64,000 bases of DNA, from positions 74,013-138,012 of the forward strand of contig OZ244873.1 of NCBI GenBank assembly GCA_965221265.1. The letters run 5' to 3'. Shown here in pieces: positions 16,243 through 24,906 of this stretch. Within the stretch, counting starts at the first letter, position 1; each line of letters opens with the position of its first letter. The position numbers and the translations under genes are program-made. Source of the stretch: Longimicrobiales bacterium (GTDB lineage: Bacteria > Gemmatimonadota > Gemmatimonadetes > Longimicrobiales > Gaopeijiaceae). The notes beneath the pieces were generated by a model that saw nothing but the letters and a program-made list of their open reading frames with translations, was not told the origin of the DNA and ran no database searches.

Positions 16243-17799
16243 CTACCTGAACACGCGGAGGAAGATTTCGAAGACCCGCCGAACCGCGGGCGTCAGCTTC
16301 CTCTTCTGCCACGCCGTGGACGCGCGCGCGAACGCGTCGCTGCGCGTGGGATAGGGGTGAATGGTGCTTCCGAGCTTGGCCAGACCGATGCCCGCCGTCA
16401 TGGCCAGCGTGATCTCGCCGATCATGTCGCCCGCGTGCGCCGACACCAGCGTCGCCCCCAGGATGCGGTCGCTCCCCTTCTTGAGATGGACGCGCAGGAA
16501 GCCTTCCTCCTCGCCTTCGAGGATGGCTCGGTCGATGTCGTCGATGGACACGGTGATGGTGTCGACCTCGTGGCCGGCCGCGATGGCCTCGTCGCGATGG
16601 AGGCCGACGTGGGCCACCTCCGGGTCGGTGTAGGTCGCCCACGGGATGACGAGGCGGCTGGCGCGGGCGCGCCCGAAAAAGAGGGCGTTTCGGACGGCGA
16701 TGCGGGCCTGGTGGTCGGCGGCGTGGGTGAACTGGTGGCGGGAGGCCACGTCGCCCACCGCGTAGATGGCCCTCGCGGTGGTGCGCAGCCGGTCGTCGAC
16801 CCGGATGCCGGTGCGGTCGTGGGCCACGCCGGCCGCCTCGAGCCCCATGCCGGCGACGTTGGGGGCCCGGCCGGCGGCGACCAGCACCGCCTCGGCCGCG
16901 AGCTCCTCAAGCGCGCCGCCATGCTCGACCTCCAGAATGGTGGCGCCGCCCTCCCGGCGGGCGCGTCGGATCGTGGCCGAGTTGAGGACGCGCACGCCGT
17001 CCGCCTCGATGGCGCGGGTCACGATGGCGGCCGCGTCGGGGTCTTCGCGCGGGAGCGGGTGGGGGTCGGCGTGCGCCACGGTGACTTGGGCGCCGAAGCG
17101 CGCGAAGGTTTGGGAGAGCTCCATCCCGATGGGTCCCGCCCCGATCACGACCACGCGGGGCGGCAGCTCGGTGAGCGAGAAGATGGTCTCGTTGGTGTGG
17201 ACGCCCGGACCCTCCAGACCGGGCACCGGAATGGGGGCCGCGCGCGCGCCGGTGGCGATGATGGCTCGCCGGAAGCGCAGGTCCCGGCCGTTCACGCGAA
17301 GGCGGTCGGGCGCGGTGAATTCGCCGTGGCCTAGGAAGACGTCCACCCCCAGCCCGGCGAACCGGGCCGCCCCGTCGACCGGGCTGATGCGGGCGCGCAA
17401 CCGGCGCATGCGCTCCATGGCGGCGGCGAAGTCGCGCCCGCCGGCGGCGTCCGCCCCCTCCCCCGCCCCACCCGGGCGGCCGTCTCCGGCGACGGCGCGC
17501 GCCCGCCGGGCCGAACCGATGACCGCCTTGGAGGGAACGCACCCGAAGTTGAGGCAGTCGCCGCCCATGAGGTGGCGCTCCACCAGGGCGACCTTCGCGC
17601 CCAGCCCGGCCCCGATGGCTGCGCTCACCAGCCCCCCCGTCCCCGCCCCGACCACCACCAAGTGGTAGCGGTCGCGGGGTTCGGGGTTGCGCCAGTCCGG
17701 CGGGTGCACATGGTCCACCAGCTGGCGGTTGTGCGCGTCATCGGGAGCCACCACCACTCTGTCCGCCGACACGGTCCGTCCCTCCGTTGGTGATCTCAT
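16243..17799 (-). CDS. pyridine nucleotide-disulfide oxidoreductase (mercuric reductase / dihydrolipoamide dehydrogenase-like, class I)
   Basis: FAD-binding GAGTGG, redox-active CLNFGCVPSK, NAD-binding GAGPIGME, C-terminal dimerisation domain. Start ambiguous (ATG 17799 or 17874). Confidence 0.8.
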   Translation of the reverse strand: MRSPTEGRTVSADRVVVAPDDAHNRQLVDHVHPPDWRNPEPRDRYHLVVVGAGTGGLVSAAIGAGLGAKVALVERHLMGGDCLNFGCVPSKAVIGSARRARAVAGDGRPGGAGEGADAAGGRDFAAAMERMRRLRARISPVDGAARFAGLGVDVFLGHGEFTAPDRLRVNGRDLRFRRAIIATGARAAPIPVPGLEGPGVHTNETIFSLTELPPRVVVIGAGPIGMELSQTFARFGAQVTVAHADPHPLPREDPDAAAIVTRAIEADGVRVLNSATIRRARREGGATILEVEHGGALEELAAEAVLVAAGRAPNVAGMGLEAAGVAHDRTGIRVDDRLRTTARAIYAVGDVASRHQFTHAADHQARIAVRNALFFGRARASRLVIPWATYTDPEVAHVGLHRDEAIAAGHEVDTITVSIDDIDRAILEGEEEGFLRVHLKKGSDRILGATLVSAHAGDMIGEITLAMTAGIGLAKLGSTIHPYPTRSDAFARASTAWQKRKLTPAVRRVFEIFLRVFR

Positions 17800-17877
17800 T
17801 CGGTCATGCCCGCGCCCACGCGGCGCCATGATCGCATCCACGCGCCCGGCATTCGAGCGGCTTGGCGTCCGCACTGG

Positions 17878-17990
17878 GCCGCTTCGCTCCGCGTTGCCTC
17901 TCGTCCCGGTGGCACCGCACCCGGGCCTTCAAGGCGCCTTGCCAGCCCGGCAGCGCCGCTCTCGGTGCTCGGGCGGATTCAGCCACGGCC
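17878..17990 (-). repeat. REP/MITE-like repeat, full copy in inverse orientation
   Basis: ccgcttcgctccgcgttgcctctcgtcccggtggcaccgcacccgggccttcaaggcgccttgccagcccggcagcgccgctctcggtgctcgggcggattcagccacggcc is the reverse complement of the 12648-12762 element. Confidence 0.7.
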
Positions 17991-18086
17991 TCGATAACGG
18001 CCCGTGATCGCATCCTCGCGCCCGGCGACCTCCTCCCACCCCGCGTCCACGCGGCCCTCCATCGCTTCAAGCCGGTCACGCCGGGG

Positions 18087-18213
18087 CTCGCGTGTCCGAC
18101 AATCGCATTCGTCGGTCATGTCGGGGCCCACGTGTCCGGCAATCACACTTGGCGGTCATGCGCGCGCCCGCGTGACCCACAATCGCATTCCGACGCCCGG
18201 CCATCCTCGCGTA
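18087..18213. repeat. about 40-bp imperfect tandem repeat x3 in a 520-bp intergenic region
   Basis: cgcgtgtccgacaatcgcattcgtcggtcatg / cacgtgtccggcaatcacacttggcggtcatg / cgcgtgacccacaatcgcattccgacg. A second short repeat gatcgcatcc(a/t)cgcgcccggc occurs at 17831 and 18006. Confidence 0.5.
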
Positions 18214-18398
18214 TCCAACCGCCCGGCGCCTTCCCCACATCGCGGTCCCCGGACGCGCATCGCGCCCGCGCGACCCAAACCCACGTACCCGCGCCCGCCC
18301 CACGGGCCGTTCCCGCGACCTCCCACGCCCGCGAACCGCCCCTCCGGCGACGCCCAGCGACGCCCCTCCCACGCCCGACCCATTCTCCCAGGCACGCA

Positions 18399-19142
18399 TC
18401 ACGCCGCCCCTCCCCCTCCATCCCCCGCGATGTCCCCGAGCGCCCGCCGGGCCAAGCGCGTCACCAAGGTCGTGACCACCACGGTCGCCACCAACCCGAT
18501 CCCCAGCACGGCGTAATACCCCACTCCCCGCGCCACCCGCGCCCCGCTCGCCAGCGCCGCCACGTCGCCGATGGCCTGGCCGTAGTACACGTACAGAAGC
18601 GTCCCCGGGATCATCCCCACCGACGCCACCACGTAGTCCGCGAAGCGCACCTTGGTGAGACCCAGGGCATAGTTGAGCAGGTTGAAGGGGAAGACGGGCG
18701 ACAACCGCAGCAGGAAGACGATCCTGCCGCCCTGTTCGCCTATGGCCCGGTCGATGGCCGCGAAGCGCGGATGGCGGGCCACCTTGTTCTCGATGGCGGA
18801 CCGGGCCAGATGGCGCGCCACCAGAAAGGCGAGGGCGGCACCCGTCGTGGCGCCCGCGAACACGATCACCGTGCCGCGCGCGATCCCGAAGATCGCCCCC
18901 GCCAGCAACGTGAGGATCGAGCCGGGCGCGAAGGCCACCGTGGCGGCCGCGTAGACGCACGCGAACGCGACCGGACCCCACGCCCCAAGCCCGTCGATGC
19001 GCTCCGCGAGCGCGGGAATGGCACCGGCCAGCGACCGTCCCGCGACCACGAGCACGGCGACCAGCACCACCGCCGCGAGCGCCAACGCCAACGGGCGCCG
19101 CCCGCGCGCGGCCCGGGGTTCCGAATTCGCCTGGGACGCCAT
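18399..19142 (-). CDS. DedA/TVP38/TMEM64-family membrane protein
   Basis: Typical DedA-family segments (LLRLSPVFPFNLLNYALGLTKVRFADYVVASVGMIPGTLLYVYYG). Start at MASQANSE. Confidence 0.8.
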   Translation of the reverse strand: MASQANSEPRAARGRRPLALALAAVVLVAVLVVAGRSLAGAIPALAERIDGLGAWGPVAFACVYAAATVAFAPGSILTLLAGAIFGIARGTVIVFAGATTGAALAFLVARHLARSAIENKVARHPRFAAIDRAIGEQGGRIVFLLRLSPVFPFNLLNYALGLTKVRFADYVVASVGMIPGTLLYVYYGQAIGDVAALASGARVARGVGYYAVLGIGLVATVVVTTLVTRLARRALGDIAGDGGGGAA

Positions 19143-19363
19143 GTCTCCTCCCCTCGTCGGGTCTCGCGCGGCCCGCGTGCGGCCCCTTCGTGGATTCCGC
19201 CGGCACGATAGGCCAATGGCGCGGGTGAAGGAAGGTCCCGCATGAACCTCCGCCACTTGCCGGACACCCGCGGTTAGGGTATTGAGAGGGTTCGTCCGGC
19301 CCAACCGCCGACCCCGAACCCGCCCCCGCGGCCCCGACCCAACCATCACGGAGGGAACCCCAA

Positions 19364-19735
19364 ATGAGCTCCGCACCGAGCGTTCGCCACTTTCGCTGGG
19401 ACGACATGCCGATCGAACAGGTCAAGGAGGGACTGGGGAGGCGCCTGGTCACGGGTGAACGCATGATGCTCGCGCACATCTATCTGGACAAGGGCTCCGT
19501 GGTGCCCCTGCACGCGCACGACAACGAGCAGCTCACGTACGTGCTGGAGGGCGCGCTGCACTTCTGGCTCGGGGACGACGAGAGCGAGGAGGTGGTCGTG
19601 CGCGCGGGCGAGGTGCTGCACATCCCGTCGGGCGTGCCGCACAAGGCGGTCGCGCTCGAGGACACCCTGGACGTCGACGTCTTCTGCCCGCCCCGGGAGG
19701 ATTGGCTTGACGGCAGCGACGCCTACCTGCGTTGA
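19364..19735 (+). CDS. cupin-domain protein
   Basis: Cupin motifs PLHAHDNEQLTYVLEG ... GEVLHIPSGVPH. Confidence 0.8.
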   Translation: MSSAPSVRHFRWDDMPIEQVKEGLGRRLVTGERMMLAHIYLDKGSVVPLHAHDNEQLTYVLEGALHFWLGDDESEEVVVRAGEVLHIPSGVPHKAVALEDTLDVDVFCPPREDWLDGSDAYLR

Positions 19736-19939
19736 GCGCCCGTCCCGCGCCGGCGGTGCTCTCCGCGCTCCGAGGCCGCCCGCCCGCCTCCGCCTCCGCC
19801 GATGACCGCTCCCGCCAGTCGATGTGGCGGGACGGCGATGGCGGGTCGGCACGGTGGATCGGCGACCACCACTTTGGCCCCGAGGCGCGCCCATGGCGGA
19901 ACGCGCGGCGCGGCCCCCGCCCCGTCCCGGTGAGCTGAC

Positions 19940-20731
19940 GTGGACCTCGGGCTGACCGGCAAGGTCGCGCTGGTGGCCGCCTCCAGCCGCGGCTTGGGAC
20001 GGGCGGTGGCGGAGGAGCTCGCGCGCGAGGGGGCCCGGCTGGTTATGTGCGCCCGCGGCGCCGACGACCTCCGGCGCGCCCGCGACCGCATCGCGCGCGA
20101 CTCCGGCTCCGAACCGGTGACTGTGGCCGCCGACCTCACCGACCCCGAGGGCGCGCGCCGGGTCACCGACGCGGCCACCCATGCGTTCGGGCGGGTCGAC
20201 GTGCTGGTCACCAACACCGGCGGCCCTCCCTCCGGCCCCTTCGAGGCGCACGGCCCGGAGGCGTGGCGCGACGCCGTCGCCCGCAACCTGGAGAGCGTCC
20301 TCAACCTGACGCGCGCCGTGCTCCCGGGCATGCGCGAGCGCGGCTGGGGCCGGATCGTCAACGTCACCTCGATCGCGGTCAAGCAGCCCGTCGACGGTCT
20401 CATCCTCTCCAACAGCGTGCGCGCCGCCGTGACCGGGTTCGCCCGCACCCTGGCCAACGAGGTCGCGCGCGACGGCGTCACCGTCAACAACGTGATGCCC
20501 GGCTACACCCGCACCGCGCGCCTGGACTGGCTGGCCGGCCAGATCGCCGAGCGCGATGGGATCGACCGGGAGGCCGCGTTCGACCGCTGGGCCGACGAGA
20601 TTCCCGCGGGCCGGGTGGGCACTCCCGCAGAGTTCGCGGCCTTGGTTACATTTCTCGCTTCGGAGCGTGCGAGCTACATCACCGGAACCTCCATCCCGGT
20701 GGACGGCGGATGGATTCGCGCCCTGATTTGA
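19940..20731 (+). CDS. SDR-family oxidoreductase (3-oxoacyl-ACP reductase-like)
   Basis: VALVAASSRGLGRAV (TGxxxGxG-like); NTGGP; catalytic region SIAVKQP...YxxxK-like; PG motif MPGYTRT. Confidence 0.85.
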   Translation: MDLGLTGKVALVAASSRGLGRAVAEELAREGARLVMCARGADDLRRARDRIARDSGSEPVTVAADLTDPEGARRVTDAATHAFGRVDVLVTNTGGPPSGPFEAHGPEAWRDAVARNLESVLNLTRAVLPGMRERGWGRIVNVTSIAVKQPVDGLILSNSVRAAVTGFARTLANEVARDGVTVNNVMPGYTRTARLDWLAGQIAERDGIDREAAFDRWADEIPAGRVGTPAEFAALVTFLASERASYITGTSIPVDGGWIRALI

Positions 20732-20815
20732 CGCGCGAGCCGCCCGCCACGCTCCGGCCACCACAACGCGCACCCCATCCCACCCCCACCCCAACCCTTC
20801 GACCGGAAGACCTCC

Positions 20816-21751
20816 ATGGCACTTGAGCTACAGCAATCCGAATACATTTGGAAGGACGGGTCCTTCGTCCGCTGGAAGGATGCCAACGTGCACCTCCTCT
20901 CGCTGGCCGTGCAGTTCGGCGTTTCGGTCTTCGAGGGCGTCCGCTGCTACGGGGCCGAGGGGTCCGGAGGGCGGCGGGCCATCTTCCGTCTCAACGCGCA
21001 CATCCGCCGGCTGTACAACTCCTGCATCGTCTACCGCATGGTGCCGTCGCACACGCGCGAGGCGCTGGCGGCGGCGTGCGCGGAGGTCGTGGCGAAGAAC
21101 GAGCTCGAGAGCTGCTACATCCGCCCCATGGTGCTGCGCGGCTACGGCGCGGCCGCCCTCGACCCCCGCGCCAGCCCCGTCGAGTCGTACGTCGCGGCGT
21201 GGCCGCTGGAGACCTATCTGGGCGAGGGAGCGCTCGAGCGGGGCGTCGGGGTGTGCGTGTCGTCCTGGCAGCGCGCCGAGCCCAACACCTTCCCCATGCG
21301 CGCCAAGGCGGCCGGCCACTACAACTCGGCCATGCTCATGAAGATGGAGGCCCACGCCAACGGCTACGCGGACGCCATCGCGCTGGGCCCCAACGGTCTG
21401 GTGAGCGAGGGCAGCGGGCAGAACCTCTTCCTGGTGGTGGACGGCGAGCTCGTCACCCCCATCCTCGACGGCACCTCCCTGCAGGGCATCACCCGCGACA
21501 CGGTACTCAAGCTGGCCGCCGACATGGGCATTCCCGCGAGCGAGCAGCTGGTCGCGCGCGAGACCCTCTACACCTGCGACGAGCTCTTCTTCTCGGGCAC
21601 CGCCACCGAGGTCACGCCCATCACCAGCGTCGACAAGATCCCGGTCGGCTCGGGCAAGGCGGGCGAGATCACCCTACGCATCCAACGCCGCTTCATGGAC
21701 ATCGTCAAGCAGCGGACGGATGACCCACATGGGTGGCTGACGCACGTGTAG
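20816..21751 (+). CDS. ilvE: branched-chain amino acid aminotransferase (fold type IV PLP enzyme)
   Basis: Strong class-IV aminotransferase similarity (VFEGVRCY, PLP-Lys region RAKAAGHYNSAM, EVFFSGTATEVTPI). Confidence 0.9.
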   Translation: MALELQQSEYIWKDGSFVRWKDANVHLLSLAVQFGVSVFEGVRCYGAEGSGGRRAIFRLNAHIRRLYNSCIVYRMVPSHTREALAAACAEVVAKNELESCYIRPMVLRGYGAAALDPRASPVESYVAAWPLETYLGEGALERGVGVCVSSWQRAEPNTFPMRAKAAGHYNSAMLMKMEAHANGYADAIALGPNGLVSEGSGQNLFLVVDGELVTPILDGTSLQGITRDTVLKLAADMGIPASEQLVARETLYTCDELFFSGTATEVTPITSVDKIPVGSGKAGEITLRIQRRFMDIVKQRTDDPHGWLTHV

Positions 21752-21862
21752 GGGGGCTTATCGTTCGGGGATGAACCCGCTCGAGCACTGGGAGCGGTGC
21801 CGGGCCGCCGGGAGCATGATCGGCGTCTGGTCCGATCAACTCCGCAGCCCAAGGAGCTGGAG

Positions 21863-22069
21863 ATGAGTGGTGAAGTCGACGAGAAGTCTTTCGATGTGAT
21901 GACGTGGCTGCGAGCGACCCGAGACGAGATTAACGAGCAGATCGCGGACATGTCCGGCGAGGAGCTCCGGGAGTGGCTTGCCCGAGGTCCCTCGGACGTG
22001 TCACGCGGGAGATTGTACGACCGTGCGGGCACGGATCCAGAGGCGGATGACGCTCGCTCCACGGGCTGA
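21863..22069 (+). CDS. hypothetical small acidic protein
   Basis: ATG with an AAGGAG RBS. 68 aa, no recognisable family. Lies at the left margin of the low-GC island. Confidence 0.35.
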   Translation: MSGEVDEKSFDVMTWLRATRDEINEQIADMSGEELREWLARGPSDVSRGRLYDRAGTDPEADDARSTG

Positions 22070-22142
22070 TCCGCCATCAGCGGCTTGCCCACCTTCATTT
22101 TCGCGTTCAAGAACAATAACGCAGCGTTCGACGATGAAATAG

Positions 22143-23882
22143 TCACACTGCCTGCGACAATTGCTCCAGCGCATCGTTGACAGCGACCAGCTCGTTCGCA
22201 ATTCTTTCACACATGTCTTCGAAATGCTTTGAGAAGGTCCCGAATTCCTCCAATGCGTTGCGTTTCAGCGTTTCCGCTTCACTTCCGCCCGCGTGGGCGG
22301 CCACCTTGTTCCTGATTTTGTGCGCCACCTCCAAACCCTCAAGTCGACTTGACTCACCATCGGTGAACGTCACGTCAGATGCGCTGATCGCCTTCTTCAG
22401 CAACATGATGCTCTGGTCTTTCTTTCCACACTCTACACGACAGCTCTCAAGAAGCCGTCGAATGGGGCGAGCACAGAACCCTTCGACAACTGCCTTATCC
22501 AACGCCTGGAACGCGCTGGCCCACTCGTGGCGACTGTCGCTCCGCGGAACTCGCAGGGCATCCAACACCATTTGATCGCGAACCTTCCACCAGCGCGGCC
22601 CTTCCCGATTCCATCTACGTAAAATATGTCTTATTCGTGACAGCGGCGGATCCTTGGATGGATATTCTCCGTGGAAGTCGGGCTTGACCACGTCATCCGG
22701 TAGACCTGCTTTCGGCTTCTCATTGAAACCCTTCCAGTAATACTGTTCCGAATCGGGTAAATTACGAAGGTCGCAAATGTATGCGAACACTTGGTCCGCC
22801 TCATTCACACCATATCGAAGCGACCATGTTGCCCGACAGCTGATGTCTCTATCTTTCACGGTGTATTTGTCGGGGTCAGCCGTGTATCTGTGCAATACTT
22901 CCGGCCTAAAGAACGCTGGAGATGTCTCAAATGGCCGTGTCGTTCCTTTAGAATTGAAGTAGTTTACAGTAGCATCGGGGCGAGTCGAGATCTCTGCAAC
23001 CATTCCATTGCGGAAGTCGTCTGCCCAAAATGCCACGCCCTCTTCAGTACCTCCCCTCTTCCACCTCTTTCGCTGACGCGCCCAAGTCTTTGCACGTGGC
23101 GATTCGTACACAAACTGATAGCCGCGCGCATGGGAACCGCACCCAGGGAAAACGCTCTGCTCGAACACTAAATCTGGGTTCGAATCGTTAACAATACGCG
23201 GGGCGGAGCCACGCCACATGCCGGAGACGCGATCCGGATGCACCAACGTAAAGTCGAACAACCGCACAAGTCGTGAGTCCGAGGCGGCCAAGTACTCTTC
23301 AAGATCCCTCCGCGCGAAGGACACCAGCGTGACGCCTTGATCTCGAACCGACACGGAGATGATCGGGTCGAAATCACCGTTCTCGTCAAAGCGACAGTAA
23401 GCGCGACGCTCCGGACGCCAATGACAATCCGACAAGTGAATGTATGCTTGCGAAGCTTCCATATAGTAGGAGTCGTCCGTCTTCAAGCCCACAAAGTCGC
23501 GTGGATAAACCAAGCGGGTAGCAGTCCGAAGCAATTTGGATCCACCAAATGTAGAGCCACACTCGATGGTAATGGGACCATCGTCATCGGAAATCGAGTA
23601 GCCAACGCCGTAACCGAGACTGGAGCGCCACTGTAGCAGATCGGTCTGGTCAACCTCCGCGAGTTGGGGACGAGCAACAATGGCCGTGTCGACCCAGAAA
23701 CTGTTGGCGTACGCGCAGACTATCAGCTCACTCTCCGTGGAATTCTGGGCAATCACGTCTATGTGCGACCGTGCCGTGAGCCATTCGTCAAAGGAAGCGT
23801 CGTCTGTTGGGCGCGCGACAGCCGACCGGATTCGATTCAGCAAATCCTGATGGGATGGGGTCGGGTGGTGGCGCTTGGCCAT
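22143..23882 (-). CDS. uncharacterised 579-aa protein in the low-GC island; C-terminal helical segment carries an RNKVAAH (R-x5-H) HEPN-like motif
   Basis: Clean 1.74-kb ORF with GC ~50% against a ~70% background. No Walker motifs or other recognisable catalytic signatures except ...LEVAHKIRNKVAAHAGGSEAETLKRN near the C-terminus. Confidence 0.7.
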   Translation of the reverse strand: MAKRHHPTPSHQDLLNRIRSAVARPTDDASFDEWLTARSHIDVIAQNSTESELIVCAYANSFWVDTAIVARPQLAEVDQTDLLQWRSSLGYGVGYSISDDDGPITIECGSTFGGSKLLRTATRLVYPRDFVGLKTDDSYYMEASQAYIHLSDCHWRPERRAYCRFDENGDFDPIISVSVRDQGVTLVSFARRDLEEYLAASDSRLVRLFDFTLVHPDRVSGMWRGSAPRIVNDSNPDLVFEQSVFPGCGSHARGYQFVYESPRAKTWARQRKRWKRGGTEEGVAFWADDFRNGMVAEISTRPDATVNYFNSKGTTRPFETSPAFFRPEVLHRYTADPDKYTVKDRDISCRATWSLRYGVNEADQVFAYICDLRNLPDSEQYYWKGFNEKPKAGLPDDVVKPDFHGEYPSKDPPLSRIRHILRRWNREGPRWWKVRDQMVLDALRVPRSDSRHEWASAFQALDKAVVEGFCARPIRRLLESCRVECGKKDQSIMLLKKAISASDVTFTDGESSRLEGLEVAHKIRNKVAAHAGGSEAETLKRNALEEFGTFSKHFEDMCERIANELVAVNDALEQLSQAV

Positions 23883-24230
23883 CGTCTCGATCTCCTTGAG
23901 AGCGGGGTGGCAGTGGACTTGGCACGGATCGGCAAGGGAGGCTCGCGGGATCAGGAGAATGGCATCTTACCTCATTTCCAGTTCTCATGCCATCCCGTGG
24001 CCTGTTCGCCGGAATTGATTGGCGAACGAGGCATTGGCCCAGCTTGGGTAATCGGCGACCAGTTTCCATCCGCGACGCTCGGGGAGAACGGCATATCCCC
24101 TCGCGGGCACGCGAGCTCGTCTTGAAGGGGATTCGGCCGACTTCCGGCAGGCCAAACGCGGAGTCACGCGCCGGCGCTTCAGGAAAGGGCGACGAGGCGG
24201 GACGCCGGCGCCGAACCCGCTCCGAACCTG

Positions 24231-24690
24231 GTGGGGCGGGATTTCTCGGCCGGAGGCCCCGACTGGCTGTGGGTCGCCGACATCGCGCAGGGTCACACCG
24301 GTGCGGGCTGGCTGTACCTCGCCGTGGTGCTCGATTCGTGGAGCCGGCGGATCGTCGGCTGGGCGATGGCGTCCCGGATGCCGGCCAAGCTGGTCGCGGA
24401 CGCGCTCGCGATGGCGGTCTCCAACCGCCAGCCGACGGGTTCGGTGATCCATCATTCCGACTAAGGCTCGCAGTACACGTCGCTGGCCTTCGGGGAGCGC
24501 TGTCCCACGGCGGGAATCGTGCGGTCGATGGGCTCGGTGGGCGACGCGTACGACAACTTGATGTGCGAGAGCTTCTTCGCGACGCTGGAGTGTGAACTCC
24601 TGAACCGGCGTCGGTTCGCCACGGTGGCCGGTGCGCGCCGCGGGAGGCGGCGGCCAAGCCACCGGATGCGGGTGAGCTCGCAGCGGACCG
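24231..24690 (+). pseudogene. IS3-family transposase (OrfB/rve integrase core) remnant with an in-frame TAA
   Basis: DWLWVADIAQGHTGAGWLYLAVVLDSWSRRIVGWA...HSD*GSQYTS...SVGDAYDNLMCESFFATLECELL. Truncated at the 5' end with a stop codon inside the HSDxGSQY motif. No terminal inverted repeats recognised. Confidence 0.7.
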
Positions 24691-24906
24691 CGCCCGAGCC
24701 GACGCACTCCACAACCGAACCGAGCCCGCATCCGGCCGAATTCGAGAGGGCGAGGGAGTCGGTACGATGACGTTCGGGCACGAGCGTCAGGCCATCGAGC
24801 ACGCGGAACCCCTTCCTACCTCCTGCTCACACTATCTGCGGGGGGGATTCGTCCTTACCTTGGGTCGAGGATCAGCCATCCATCGCGACAACACGGGTAG
24901 CCCATC

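Noticed and set aside
16096-16250. Interpretation of the thrB-upstream repeat as a classical threonine attenuator leader peptide
   Set aside because: The mini-ORFs (MTGEAAG) contain a single Thr codon and no Ile codons, and there is no obvious terminator/antiterminator pair. Kept as a finding, but the attenuator model is not supported.
16096-18215. CRISPR array
   Set aside because: The tandem repeats at 16.1 kb and 18.1 kb have no unique spacers of regular length (units abut directly or are spaced by related sequence), and no cas genes are present in the window.
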